64,000 nt of DNA from Sphagnum compactum. Lineage: Eukaryota. The stretch covers positions 19,210,213-19,274,212 of the forward strand of contig OZ234493.1 in the NCBI GenBank assembly GCA_965153455.1. The letters run 5' to 3'. The notes beneath the pieces are model-generated. The model searched no databases, was not told the origin of the DNA, and was given only the letters and a program-made list of their open reading frames with translations. This document shows, piece after piece, positions 12,918 to 26,044 of the stretch; within the stretch, counting starts at the first letter, position 1; each line of letters starts with the position of its first letter. Made by a program: the position numbers and the translations under genes.

Positions 12918-14107
12918 ACTCTTGACAGCTGCCAAGTTTGCATGGCTATGAGACTCTAAAAATGGGGAATCAAATCCCTCGCTTTCACCTGTTTCCTCCT
13001 CCAAGGCACACCAGAAACAGAGGATTTACTTCTTCCTGTAGCCTCCTTCTTGGGGGTCAGATGTCATCCTCAAATCTTGTACCCTCTTGTGAGTGACAAG
13101 AGACATAATTGAGGAGGTGGTGATGGATCAAAAGTGGTGGTTTCAAGGGAGCCACGACCGGCATTCGGCTAGGTCCTGTTGCATTAGCAACAATAGTGTC
13201 TTGGAAGAATCACAATGGTTTCACTTGCTTTTACCACTTGCATTGGACGGCACCAAGTGTTAGGAATGTGCTCCTCACATGGCAGGTATTTCCACTGCCT
13301 GCAAAAACTACAGCCAGGAATGTACATCAAATGTGAATATGTCTTCCATTTGTACATTTACCACAGTCGTTCCATTACGTTTTTCATTCTGATTTGCTTG
13401 GTTCTTGACTCCCGAGCAAGTAGATCACAAATAGAGCACCAGTGTATTGACTACTTAAAATGACAGGACAGGTTTAGTGCACAATCCATACGCAATTTAG
13501 ATCTGCTTGGCCTACGTAACATATTGGGAATTGTCTTTTCTCTCTTTTATGTACATACAACTGTGGTGTCTTATGCCACAAATTGAATATAGTAGGCACT
13601 GCAAGAGGAGGGCACACCTCTTTCTTCCCATTGTATTTAGCATGTGAATTCCTTTTGAAACCTTCCGTGTGTACTCTTTGCAGCCATCCTCACTTGCCCA
13701 TAGCATTTACTGAAATATAAGCATTTGCAAGAAAAATTCACCAACTTTTAACTAATCTGTTTCTCCATTGTGTGTCACCCTATTGCATCCCAAAACTCCT
13801 GGCTTGTTTGTTCAATGAACAGACCTTGCAATGACACGATTGATCACAGTTCGATTGGATTTTCAATTTTGTGTTGTAGCCAAGAAATTTTTAAGTTTGT
13901 AATGTAAGTAAGGAAGGTGGTGATTGGGTCCTACTATCCCTGAATCCAAATCCTTTTTTGACATGTTTACAAACTAAATTAATATGGAAAGTGTTATATT
14001 TTAATCTGAGATGTGGACAAGTTTGAAAATAATCTAATAATACATTTTAAGTCTGTAACCATTGCTTTTCGGCACAATGTTGTTCAACATTGTTTTAGAA
14101 CTAAAAC

Positions 14108-14189
14108 TTTCCAACTAATCTTGTGTTGTCACATTAGCATATTAAGATTTCCAACTAATCTTGTGTTGTCACATTAGCATATTAAGATT
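14108..14189. repeat. Perfect 40-bp direct duplication
   Basis: TTTCCAACTAATCTTGTGTTGTCACATTAGCATATTAAGA occurs twice in tandem. Confidence 0.9.
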
Positions 14190-15649
14190 ACTTTCGAACT
14201 ATCTAAAGAGGTGTGAGGTGCTACTAGCCCTTTTTTGCAATTAAAATCATTTATAAGTTGATTTAGTCAAATTTGGTTATTAAAAAAATATGAAAGGGAA
14301 AAAATTAAATAGCTTATATATTTTTTACTGCCTACTTGAACCATGGATAAAAATGTGTTGGTTTTAAAAGATATTTTCGAATATTTTTGAACTTTTATGA
14401 TTTTTTTCAAGACATCATTGGATTTGTGACAAATGATTTTCAAAGTTTTGCAGCAATGTGAAATTTCATACAAAAAAATGGTTACACTCTTAGGTTGAAA
14501 TATTGTAAAAGTAAGTTATTTTTGTAAGATTTATTTTTGCTATCGTCTAATTCATTTTGAATAGGGTTCAAAGTCTGCTTTGATGACGTTGCATCTTCCC
14601 ATTTTGTAGTTGAAAATAATTAAGATTTTCATAAGAACTATGATTGTGAATGCAAGAACATATAGTTAGTTCAAGACATTGTTCAAGCTAAATTTGATCC
14701 TGAAAGTTGCCATCTTTCTTGAAAAATGTGCAATCCTTCATTGGAAATGTGCTAAACCCATGTAAAACTCTCTTTGCATGCAAGAAAATTATCCTTGCAT
14801 TTTCTCTATAACACATGATTAATAAAAAAAGGCTTTACTTTAATGGCATAGTATTGAATGAGTATTTAAGAATAAATCAGATTTTTAAATTCCATAAAAT
14901 TGAAATTTTCATCACCACAAATATTTAATAATGTGGACTCTCAACACTGTAAATTACTTGCTTCCATGGATTTGTATCGCCTCTCAACATGTACAAAAGC
15001 TTTCATGTAGAATTCAAGTTGCAGCCAACCACTTGGTCTTCTGAAAGCATTGCGTAGGCCTTGTCAATCAAATGGCTCTTCCTCAAGTCCACATCACCAT
15101 AAAAGAGAAAGGAAAGAACAAAATCAATCGATAAAGCTCAACAGATTACAATCAAAAATCAAAATCGGGAACGGGCAAATGGTATCAAAGCAAGCCAAAG
15201 AATGTGGAACACACTATAACACCTGCAATCCCCTTTGATTGGAACCACAATTGTATTAAGTACGTGGCCAACGGCAGCAGTACAATGCCCTGTATAGTAC
15301 TTTTTGGATAAAGATTTCATTTAACCTTGTGAAACCCCGTGGGGCTGTTAAATTGGCAGGGCCCTCCAAGAGTACGAGTAGCAAGAAATGATTGGTTTTA
15401 TAACTCAACTATAATGATTTGAGTTCATTTTTCCAGGTTTATGTTTGAGGATGAGGGAGAACCTAACTTTGCAGGCTGGATGTGCTAAATACTGATAGAA
15501 GCTCAAATGAACAGTGCCATCGGGCACACTCTAACCCAAACCTTTGACAAGTGAAGATCCTTCCAGGGAGTTCAATTACAACTTTGGCCGCAAATTGCAG
15601 CATGATCTTGGGGAGCTACCCAAGCACAATTTCCCCCTTCAGCCTGGTG

Positions 15650-15925
15650 CACCAGGGAGATTTTGCTAACCTCCCTGGTGCAGGGTTGTTTTGCTGGGAT
15701 GGAATGTTTGCCATTAACATGAATGCACCTCATCTCATCTCAGCTGTAGAGCTGAGAACTGCTCCAGACTAGCAAAGGGAGATTTCACACAACCTTCCTG
15801 GAAGGGGGGGCATTTTGCTGGTATGGAACCTTGGCCATTAACATGAATGTACCTCATCTCATCTCAGCTGTAGAGCTGAGGACTGCTCCAGGCTCACAAA
15901 GGGAGGTTTCACATAACCTTCCCCT
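15650..15925. repeat. Tandem duplication, ~124-bp unit (about 2.2 copies)
   Basis: GCCATTAACATGAATG(C/T)ACCTCATCTCATCTCAGCTGTAGAGCTGAG(A/G)ACTGCTCCAG occurs at about 15710 and about 15834. AGGGAG(A/G)TTT...AACCT occurs three times. Confidence 0.85.
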
Positions 15926-16516
15926 TTATGTAACTCACAGAACCATCATGAATTCTGAGCTTCTTATTGGGCTTTATTTGGAGGTTTTCTTAGTTAATTA
16001 CCTGGGTACAATTTCACTTTTCCATGCCAAATTCTTCAAGTTCTCTAGTTCAGTGTCGACCAGGGTGATTCTGCAACTATGGAAAAAAGCACAAGCTCCA
16101 TGTGAATGCTTGATCCAGTACTGGTCCAGCAAATAAGTCATGATTTGGTCAGACTTGAATGAGAGCCAACAACTGATTGATCAAACATTTGATGTAGTTG
16201 GTTGGAAAAAACAGCAAATTATGGTTCATGCACAAATCCAACTTGTAACAAAACAAAAGTGAGTTGAGAAGACACGAAAGAGGCAAACATCCAAATGGAC
16301 AAATTTTAGAAATTCTTCCACAAGGTAACCTAGAGGATCTATATTTCTGTAGGCCTTGATCAAATTGCAGTACAGAATGCAACAGTTCTGCATCCTGAAT
16401 TATTTGGAGCTGTAGAATTCTGAGCAAATTCATTACACTGAAGTTCCAGAGCAATTGAATCAGCTCTTAGAAAACCTTAGCTCTTAGTAAACTTCAGTTT
16501 ATGAGAAATTATACAA

Positions 16517-19500
16517 TTACCAACAGGCAGGATCCTTGATAAATTCATGAGGGCCCTCATACAAGGGATGCGCTTTAGGTTGCACTCCTAATCGCTGCCA
16601 TCGCTCCACAACTGCATCCTCTAGTCTCCTAACCTGTTTACCCAAGCCAATAAGGAGATCACAGGAAGAGGAAACTAAATTAAGTGGTCTTCAAGTTATC
16701 TATCTATGAAATTGCACTCCACAAGAACACTTCAAAGGCAACTGTTGTGTCAATTCCAGCCAAACTGAAACAAACACGAAGAATGAGTTGTCATAAGATT
16801 GTGAGTGTTACTCTCCAGCATCTGCATTCTCAACTTAATGCACCAAGACATTGACTAACAACGAGCACCTCCTGAGTGGTTTGTTTTTCAAGGATGTGAC
16901 AGATGCTATTGCAGGGTAAATTACGTTGAACAAAGAAAGAAATAGTTGATGAATACAAAAAATGTTTAAGCTAAAGATATGAGTTGGGAGTTTACTTGCT
17001 GTACAACAAAGGGCTCCCCTATAGCTGTCAGTGGGGCAGATCGGATGGTGAGGAATCCATTATTATTTCCATAGACAACATCTGTGAAGTAGCGATCTCC
17101 CACCTACATGACACACCAGTCAGTCCCATATTGCTGTAGCATGAACTCTGATTGTGTTATCCAATATAAATTCAAAATTACACTGGTAGAATTGATTTAC
17201 TCCTAATTTCAAAATGGAACATTTTAAATGGGCTTCTGTGATGCATGTTTCTACCAACTAGCAAGGCAGGTATTGGATTATAATCACGTGAAAGGTGACA
17301 TCAGACTACTGGCTCAATGCTTTGTGCAAGTGTTGGAGCTGATAGAGTTTGCAGAAGTCTATCATGTCCACTATCATCTGACTATTATACCCCTCTTAGG
17401 AGCAATGTTTTTTTTTCATTTTTGTGATGCAGCATGGGTGGCGATCATCCCACAATAGATTTAGCTTGAGTGGTGATGATTTTACAGAAGATTTAGCTTT
17501 AATGGCGAAACGATTTGAGAAAACTGTCAAAACAGTAGAAAACTAGCAGAAAAATGCCCTAAACAGTAAAAATGTGGCAAAAATTCTATCCTGACTGGAT
17601 GCAAGCTGGCACCCTAAACCTCATCCAGGAGCAGTGTCTGGCAAATTGGAGTTAAAAACTCCTGTTGTGGTGGTTGCACCTCCCCAGATGAGGGCGAATT
17701 TTTGCCCCAGTTTGCCAGACAAAAAAACACTGCTTAGGAGAGAAGTTTGGAGCCCATACAGATTCAAGGAAATTTGGATGAGGGGATGTAAACTTTCATA
17801 TACCTGAAGAAAGCTGGCATCTTGCAGAACACTATATGTTTGGAATATAGACACACATAAAACAATAAAATCCTGTAGGAAAGAACAGTACTGATAATTC
17901 CAAAGGAATAGTACCTGTCCAATTATTAAATTTTAAAGTAATCTACAAATTTAATCAGGGTTCAACAAAAAAAACATACCATAATGAGCAATGATGGATC
18001 GCACCCAAAATGCTTCTTCACATCATCTGCAGTTCCTGCTGGTTTCTTTGTACCTGGTATTCCAACAATTAAATCCCATTTCAAATCCACAGTTCATGAG
18101 GACGCTATCATCTCTCTGAACCTCTAAAGTACAATAATCAAAATTAGCCAACATCATAAACTAGAGCACCCAAAATTTCCTGGAACACTCCCATCAACTA
18201 CCAAATTTAAATTCCATACATTCTGATTAACTGAGAACACACAGTGCATTATTACAAGAGGGTGGTACAAACATACTGTGGCGGATCACTGGTATTCCAA
18301 GCCTTTCTTCCAAAGCATTGGCCTCTGCACCTTCTGGATCAAACTGATATAGACCTGTGGTAACCCCAACCCACACCCTTTTGTATAAGTCAACAACTTC
18401 AATAGTCAACAGTTTAGGATTAAGTATATGAGGTGTGCAGTTAGTTCATGGTCAAAAACTCCTGAAGTTCATGGAGAAAAGAAACATAAGTGTGCAGTTG
18501 ATGTACCAGCTGAGTTGCTGAGAAGGGCAATATGACCATTAAAAAATGATTGGCACTCCTGTAATGCAGGTGCCAGAGCAGGCCAGACAGCAAGGGCATA
18601 TGGTGCTGTGAGTGTATTATCCTTATCAAAAATCACTCCTTTAAATCCTCTCTCGTGCAGAGCCTTCCAGTCTATCCACCTGTGACACAAGAGACATATT
18701 TGCAATCAAAACATCAGTCACCCAATGGCAGCAAATGACATGAAATTGTGGTGGCCTTCAAAGTACCATCATTCCACAGTGTGGTGATTTCCATGACTAC
18801 CAAGTTGCTGTTCCTTGGTGGTTATTATACCATGCAAAGTACTTGAGGATTTCACATATAACCATCAAGAGCTGAAAACATGTAATGCGTAAGATCCACT
18901 GTCCAATGTCATAGACAACAAATCTTTTCCTTAAGAAGCCCCATGAGATAATTTTTCTATCCAGTTGCAACTTTAGCTCACCACACAATCTGTGTGCAAC
19001 AGGTCATTAGTCAGGTGCCCTTTGTAAGGTTCACAAGAATTATCTAAACAATAAAGGGACAATGAACAGAATGAGCACCTGATGTCAGGAACATTGACAT
19101 GGGGAATAGCAAGATTCTGATCCCGAAGAATAATTTGTGAAGCAAATGTGATGGCTGCAATATTTATTCTCTGCCCTAACTTTCCCCACAGTGTTTTCTC
19201 AAGCTTCACACCATCCTTAACATCCGAATCTGCTCCTTTTGGCTGAAGCTGACCTAAGTCCTCAGAGACTTGTACTGTGACCGGAACCTCCTTAGTTTCA
19301 AACTCTTTGGTTTTATCAACAAGGTTCACATCTTCTGATTGTGTCCCTGTCAAAAGTTCCAATCAGACACCTCAAAACAAATCCAAGCTCCAAAATTCAA
19401 CTCAATTCCAACACCAATTTCTCAGCAAGATTGATCTCTTCAACCATGATCAATGCAGCAGCTACAGCACTAAGCAGCATTTCAATGCAGACATGGTCAA

Positions 19501-20203
19501 AGGCAGGCTGGGCATCACTTTATCCCTTGCTCTGGACTACTTCGAACGAGGTAAAGCAAAACTACAGAAGACTTTAAACCCTGGAGAGAATGGTGGGGTT
19601 ATACATGGATCCAGCAACATAACCAAAATTGACACCCTTTACACCTACAAGCAAGGGTCTTTAGGAAAGAAAACATGTAGATCGCAGTACCCAAGATCTT
19701 CCAACAACGGAAAAAGAAAAAAAACAACAATCATACCTGATCACAAATCTCTGAACAAAACTCTGCTACTCTTATGACATACTTAATGGTAACCATGTAA
19801 GATCCCGTAGCCGCTAACAACTCAATGAAACCTCAACTAAGAAATTTCACTTACCAGTATGCCTGGAGTCTTTCGCTTCCTCGACTGAATCCATAGCAAC
19901 AGCAGCCCCAACACCTCCTCTTCCTTCTTCTCTTCCTCTCGTTTCTCCTAAGCTAGAAACAGCAAATGTTTTTAAGAATCCAGCTTTAACAAACGCCCCA
20001 TTAACTCCGCCACCGCCGTGCAATCTCTCCGAAGTTCCCCCCCTTCGAATCACTCCACAACGCAGCTCCTGACACTGCAAGGAACTCGGCGTCCTTCTGA
20101 CCCGAGACTGGAGCCTTCGAAGATTAGGGTTAGGGTTTGGCAGACGAGATCGAAGCGAGAAGGGAGCAGAGAGAAGAGCGATGTTGTTGGATAAGAAGCG
20201 CAT
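16517..20203 (-). CDS. PGPP1: HAD-superfamily IIIA phosphatidylglycerophosphate phosphatase (PGPP1/GEP4-like), probably plastid-targeted, ~388 aa, 7 exons
   Basis: Exons 20203-19855, 19346-19079, 18679-18507, 18354-18277, 18053-17980, 17103-16996, 16633-16517; phases are consistent. Motifs GFKGVIFDKDNTLT (HAD motif I), LLSNSAG, KKPAG, MVGDRYFTDVVYGN. Arg/Ser-rich N-terminus resembles a transit peptide. Confidence 0.88.
17632..17732. mobile_element. Small hAT-type MITE in a PGPP1 intron
   Basis: Inverted termini CAGTGTCTGGCAAATTGG ... CCAGTTTGCCAGAC(A7)CACTG, flanked by TCCAGGAG / CTTAGGAG (5/8 identical, a possibly decayed 8-bp target-site duplication). Confidence 0.45.
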
Positions 20204-20468
20204 TGCGAGAAACACAGAAAAGAGAGCAACACGAAGTCACGTAGTCATAGCGCAATCGCATGACAACCCTGATGCAACACTGCAGCAGCGTTCTTTTTCT
20301 GCAATAAACTAGAGAGAAGAACAGACAGAAGGGCGATGTTGTTGGATAAGAAGCGCTTTGCCAGAACGAGAAAAAAAAGAGCAATACGAAATCATGTCAT
20401 CATATCACAATCGCATAACCCTCATACAACAACACTACAGCAGCGTTGTTGTTCCTTAACTGCAATAA
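20170..20468. repeat. Tandem ~155-bp duplication covering the PGPP1 start codon and leader
   Basis: GCGATGTTGTTGGATAAGAAGCGC...CAATCGCAT...CAGCAGCGTT...CTGCAATAA is present at about 20170-20307 and again at about 20325-20468. Confidence 0.85.
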
Positions 20469-20683
20469 GAGGATGGAGAGGAGCTAAAACGTGAGCAGAA
20501 AACCTTAGTGTCCAGGGCCATGTGAGCGTCGTAAGAGCACCAAACACATGTTATGTGAGCAGCAAGAAGACCTATTCTCCATCACAGATATTGCAGTAAA
20601 AGAGCTACTGTTTTCCATTTACTTTGGACATCAACCTGATCAGCAACTTCAGGGGTACATGTGTGAGTTGTGAGCAAAAAGCA

Positions 20684-20897
20684 AAGCAATATTCATTGTT
20701 GCTGCTCTTGCAAAAAGAAAACAATCTGCACAGCCAAAACCAGGAAGCAGTAATTTGAGCAAGGAATATTCTTAGTTACAGGTCAGGCAAAGAAAGCAAT
20801 CTCTACACCCTGCAACAGGAAACAGAACTTTGAGCAACATTCATAGTTGCAGGTCTTACAAAAAAGCTATCTCTGCACCATACACAGAAAACAGTGG
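20684..20897. repeat. Degenerate tandem repeat, about 3 x 72 bp
   Basis: Recurring AGCAA..ATTC.T.GTT.CAGGTC...AAA..AATCTCT.CAC...CAG.AA.CAG blocks. Confidence 0.55.
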
Positions 20898-21628
20898 TTC
20901 TTCTTCCATCTCACTACTTTGCAGTAGCATCCATGTGCTTGACAGTCTCGCACAAGGCAATTACTGATTAGGTGGAATGTGTTTCCAACACCTAACTAAT
21001 CTCATCATCTAAACCAATGAAACAAGATCTTCATTCAAGGTGAAGGAAATTTAGAACTCCATATGTGACACCATATACCTGACACCAACTGTTTCTGATC
21101 CTGCCACTCCAGTCAATAGCAAAGAACTGCTTTACAGGACTTTACTGGCCAGACTGCAATGCCAAATAGCTTGAGGAGTAACAACTATTAGATCAGAGCT
21201 GTGGAAATACATAATGAATCATGAGATAGCAGAACATAGTTTGGTCAACAGCATATCATTGTATGGTTTGAAGATCTGTTCAAATCCTAGGAGACTGACT
21301 TCATTTGAAATTTGTAAATCTTTTCTCAAGAGTATAGCTCCTCCAAATTGATCATAAGTGGCTTTTAGTGTTCACCTGCATTGATGATGGTACTCAAAAC
21401 CACCATAGTTAAAAGGGGCATAGAGGCAAAATATTGTAGTCCTCTGGTCAACACACAAAAGATTGACAGGATTTGTTTGCACATGTGCAATCCATGTATA
21501 GTGACACACAATCTTAAAGTCACTCCTGCTCAATAGTGCACTCACAACTACCAGCCCTTAGAGACAGCAAGCTGTTTTAACAAGTTTCCTTGTGTGCTTC
21601 TTGATAATCAGCATCTCATACCATGCTC

Positions 21629-24600
21629 TTAAGAGCTTGGCCTACTGATTGTTGGTGCCCTCCATGGCAGGCGACTCTGTTGCTTGCGCTCTTGCATTCG
21701 TCTGCACAACAACCAGAGTGTGTAATTAGACGGTGGAAGACAAGCTTTCTGGTAGACCCTTGCAATAAATGGAATTGCTACTGTAATATAAAAATATCCA
21801 ATACAACTGAACATTATTTGTGAAGCAGTTAACCACCATTGGAATTCCACATCACCATGTTCTTTTAGTCTCCATCAGCCCTTTGGATTTCCAGGTGCAG
21901 TGTAAACAACATATCTACTGAACATATCAGCTGAGGGTGCCTATCAATGTATGCCATGTTGTCATGATCTGCATAAATCACCTTTGGTACTCTTTGGTGC
22001 GTTCCCGAAATTCTGTTGCTATATCCAGCCCTTGAAATGAAGCAAGCACTGGCCGAATATCTGCTGGTCGCTGGCGGGCCACAACTGTCATAGGCACAAA
22101 TAAAAATATAGTCATGGTATGATACTGACAATTACTTGCTCAATGCACACAAGAAATCAAAGCTGGTCTCCCATTGCACTGGTGTTTGAAAGGGGGCAGG
22201 GGCAGTTATACATTCAAGAAAGGGTAGTAGGTCCAAAAGCGCTGTATCATCATTTTCAAGCTTCCACGCTTTCACAGGTAATGCATTCTCAGGCTGCAAG
22301 CATGATTCCACTGCATGCCCACTCAAGTAGATGACATGTGATAAATCTCGGTTCAGCTTTGTCAGATCCTGCACATGTGCCCACCATCTAGAAATCTTGT
22401 GAGCTGTTCTAGTCTCAATACAGAGCAGGAAAAGCTGTAAAACAAAAAGAAATCATGGGGGAACTTTGAATATTAGTATCTCCAAATACTTGAAAACACT
22501 GCCAAGTATGCTAATTGTAACCAGCACACAAATATGCAAAGGAAAAGCTTGTAACTTAACAGAAGTACAAGTGCAAAACAACATACCCGAAAATGCTTCC
22601 CATGGACATATTGTGTTGCATCCCGTGAAAGCCGAGCTCTTATACAGCCCTTTTGATCTAGTCGCTCCAGTACTGGATCCACATACTGTCACCAAACTAT
22701 TTTGTCAGTACTGGAAAGCAAATAATCTTATGACAGCAAGAAAGTCATGAGGTGATAGCAACACAGCAAACATAACCATCAAGCACTACGGTTGTTCCTT
22801 CCCCTACAGTTTATTTAAGAGAATTCCTCTAGTCTTCTGACATCCACCTGAGTGATGGTCTGCATGTTACAAGTGAACTGTCAAAAATGGGTTGTACCAA
22901 AGGGATGACTTGAAAACTAGCACTGATACAAGATGCAGGATAAGAGAACTTACAAAGCTGAGCTGGTCAGAGTATACCACCAGCTCATAATACTGAGCAA
23001 GCTGCTCCAGGAAGGCTTCAACTCCAGGTCTCTTGAATGTGCGCCAACCCCTGTCCCTCTGAAGGTCCCTTGACCATAGTCAGGTTCTTTATCCAAGTTG
23101 ATATGCAAAGATCACCCTACTATAAACAAGAATTTAGTTCTGGAAAACAGGAAATACCCATTCAACAACATGTAAAACATTGTGCAAATATTCACCTTCC
23201 AATCTGAGTGGACTAGTGTTTCATTCAGGTCCAAGACAAGTGTGAAAATTCCTGCTTCATGGGGCCGCAAATCTGGCAACAGCTTGTCTGATGATGGAGC
23301 TGCAAAACCCTGCTCCAGAGCCCCATGCCACACATTAGGCATGATCCCTAAGAAATGCCAATTTCTTCTCGGGGCAAGGGTGCAGAAAATTGCAATCCTC
23401 CACAGGAAGTCTGATTTGTGAAAATAAATTTGGTTCGCAAGTGTATACCTTTGAGAAAACACCTATATTTAATATTCCTTATGACTGGATTTTGATCACT
23501 CACTGATACAGGCTGATTGATAACAAATGTGATCAAGCAACAAGACAAGGCACTATACTATCCAAACTCTACATGCAATACTTGCACATTTTGTTGACTA
23601 TTCAAACCTGAGTTACACAGCATGATGCAGGAAACATTAGTCTTGACACCAAAACTTTTCAGTGATTTTGAAAATGGCAGGCATATGACTGCGCAGATTA
23701 ACACTAGAGGAGAGCAGACACTTACCCGCACTTGGTCTTCCAATGATTTCCGTATATCAAGATACACCTCCGCCACTTTGACAACCCCTGCCATCCACAT
23801 AACCCAGCCCACAACCTTGAGCAAGACCACAGAATCTGCACCAAGAAGCCTAATTAATGGCCTTTAACCTATCTTCTCTTTGTGCATGCACTATTTATTT
23901 TTCCAAAGAAAGATACAATCTGATATGTTTCGCATAGGTTTTCCATGTGTTGAAACAATTAAATCTGCCAACCCATAAAAGGGCCAACAACGAAGACTTG
24001 CACAAGAGCTCATTTCAGCCAAAGCTTCACCATACTGAGCTCTCTTCCTTGGGAAACACAATCCTTAATTTACAACTCACTTTTGTAGATGTATCATATT
24101 AATTCTCTGAAACTTAGACTTGGATCTTCAAAGATTAGTACACATGGTGATGAGAAACACACCATCAATGGCTGTTGTATACACCACCTTCCGAATATTC
24201 TGCACATTGAAACCACCTTCACTCACTTAGAACAATATCATGCTCAATTTCACTGATAGCTGCCACAGCATGCAACAAATACCAAGAGAGGGATTTGTAT
24301 GACTCCTCACAAGCCCTGAAACTTCATATCAATTAAGGAGTGGTCTAGATATTAACAGTACAGAAGGTTTCCACTCAGAACATTATGAGTCCAAGAGATA
24401 TGAAATCTAAGATGAGGCGATAAGAGAAATGTGTGCTAGAATTTCAGCCAGCTGCACGAGCTGATCTTGCATTCAAGAGAAGCTGCAAACCCACCTTGGA
24501 ACACATAGTCAAACACTGTTCACAAGAGGCTTCTTGCTCAACCACTTCTGATCCAAGGCAAAAACCAAGTGCAAGAACTCAAGGCATGAGAGCTGACTTA

Positions 24601-25973
24601 CATCCAAAAGGCCCCCATCTTCAGACGCATTAACATTTGCAGAAGCCTTCAACTTCAATACCTTACTTTCCACCTGCTTCACATCTAATGCTGCACGCAA
24701 AGGCATATATCATGTTTGAGGTGCCACATGCTCAAGCTCACTATGCTTCCAGAAGAAAGTCCTCTACTGTAATACAGGAGAAACACAGCAAGACATGGAA
24801 CTGGAATGGAGCTGGCAATGAAGAGCCCTATTCAAGTAGAACAGCCTTCATAGGATGATGTGAGGAGCTATCTGATAAATAATGCTTTGGGGCCGTACAT
24901 AGGAGCTGCACTGTTTCTGTAGGAGCCTTCTAATTCCATGCCAAACCTACATCTAGAACCTTTAAAAGATATAGGTAGACCTTGTGGTATTACTTATCCT
25001 AGCAAAGGTGCTCAGTGAGCCATTGGAAATGGAGACAGATACCATTTGGTGAATGAAAGTTGAATTGTGTAGGTCCAGTATATAAGTATCCATATCACTG
25101 CAGGATTCAGGTGATCGCAGCACCTTGGATTTAACGAAGCCCTAAATCAAGCCTAAGAGCAGGTTTCAAAGATGAAGTGGTAGGGAACGAGTATGTATGG
25201 AAGGGAGTGAACACTGTTTAGCAAATCCAACCTATACATAACCAATAAAAGCAGTTGATGAGGGAAACACAAAAGATTGAAGAAAATTCCTCTGGTAAAC
25301 TTCGTGCAGGCAATCAACAAATAGAGGAAACGCAATCGTCAATGTGCAAGTTAAGCGGGAAGAATCTCGTTAATCCCCCTACAGTGAACCATTGCAAAGA
25401 GACTTTCACATGAAGCCAGTCAAATTGTGTCCGTGAGAAGAAGAACAGTGCACATTTTCACATGCATAAAAACAGTATTGAGAGAGAGAAACGCGATGTG
25501 AAGAAAAAAAACCGGCGCGGGGGCTGGGGGACGGGAACCCTAATCCCGGATCTACGTCTTTCGAATTGGAACAAGTGTATCCAATCAATCAGGTCTTCTT
25601 GCTCAAAAAATCTCCCTTTAGAAAACGTATTCTGAGAGGGAAAAAACCAGGTAGCCTTACCATATGTGACATACGCTGCAGTCCCGATAGCAGCCGTCGA
25701 CGACAAAAGCAGGCTGGCCTTCACAAGCCTCCACAATGCAGTTTGCTTCTTGAAAACCTCTTCCCCATTCGCGCCAACAGAGGTACTAGGTTCAGAAGTC
25801 GAAGAAGAAGAAGAAGCCGACGAGATGGCCGCCGCCACCGCAGGCGTTGTTGATTCCGTATGAGCCTCTCTAACGACGACGCGCAACGAGGACAGCGACA
25901 ATGACGAGAGACCGATGTGCCGCAGTCTCTCGCTCGCACAGATCATGTCCTTCACCACCATGGAGGACCGCAT
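21629..25973 (-). CDS. TIM50: Mitochondrial inner membrane translocase subunit TIM50, ~383 aa, 10 exons
   Basis: Exons 25973-25661, 24690-24602, 24199-24163, 23787-23726, 23309-23196, 23058-22954, 22685-22587, 22368-22212, 22084-21982, 21701-21629; phases are consistent. A hydrophobic segment (LLLSSTAAIGTAAYVTY) precedes an FCP1/NIF-like domain: KLLPDL...[29 protein letters not shown]...DLTKLNRDLS. The start could alternatively be the ATG at 25961. Confidence 0.93.
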
Positions 25974-26044
25974 CTCCTCGATCGCTGCAGCTCTTGACAA
26001 ACACAAGCATGCGTCTCAGCGACGCAAAAGTCTTTGTTTGTAGT

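Noticed and set aside
19277..19777. 166-aa + strand ORF within PGPP1 intron 1/exon 2
   Set aside because: Non-ATG start, antisense to PGPP1 and no recognisable domain.
16517..25973. Two adjacent same-strand HAD-fold genes (PGPP1 and TIM50) as a functional cluster or tandem duplication
   Set aside because: They belong to distant subfamilies with different exon structures and target compartments; the adjacency is most likely coincidental.
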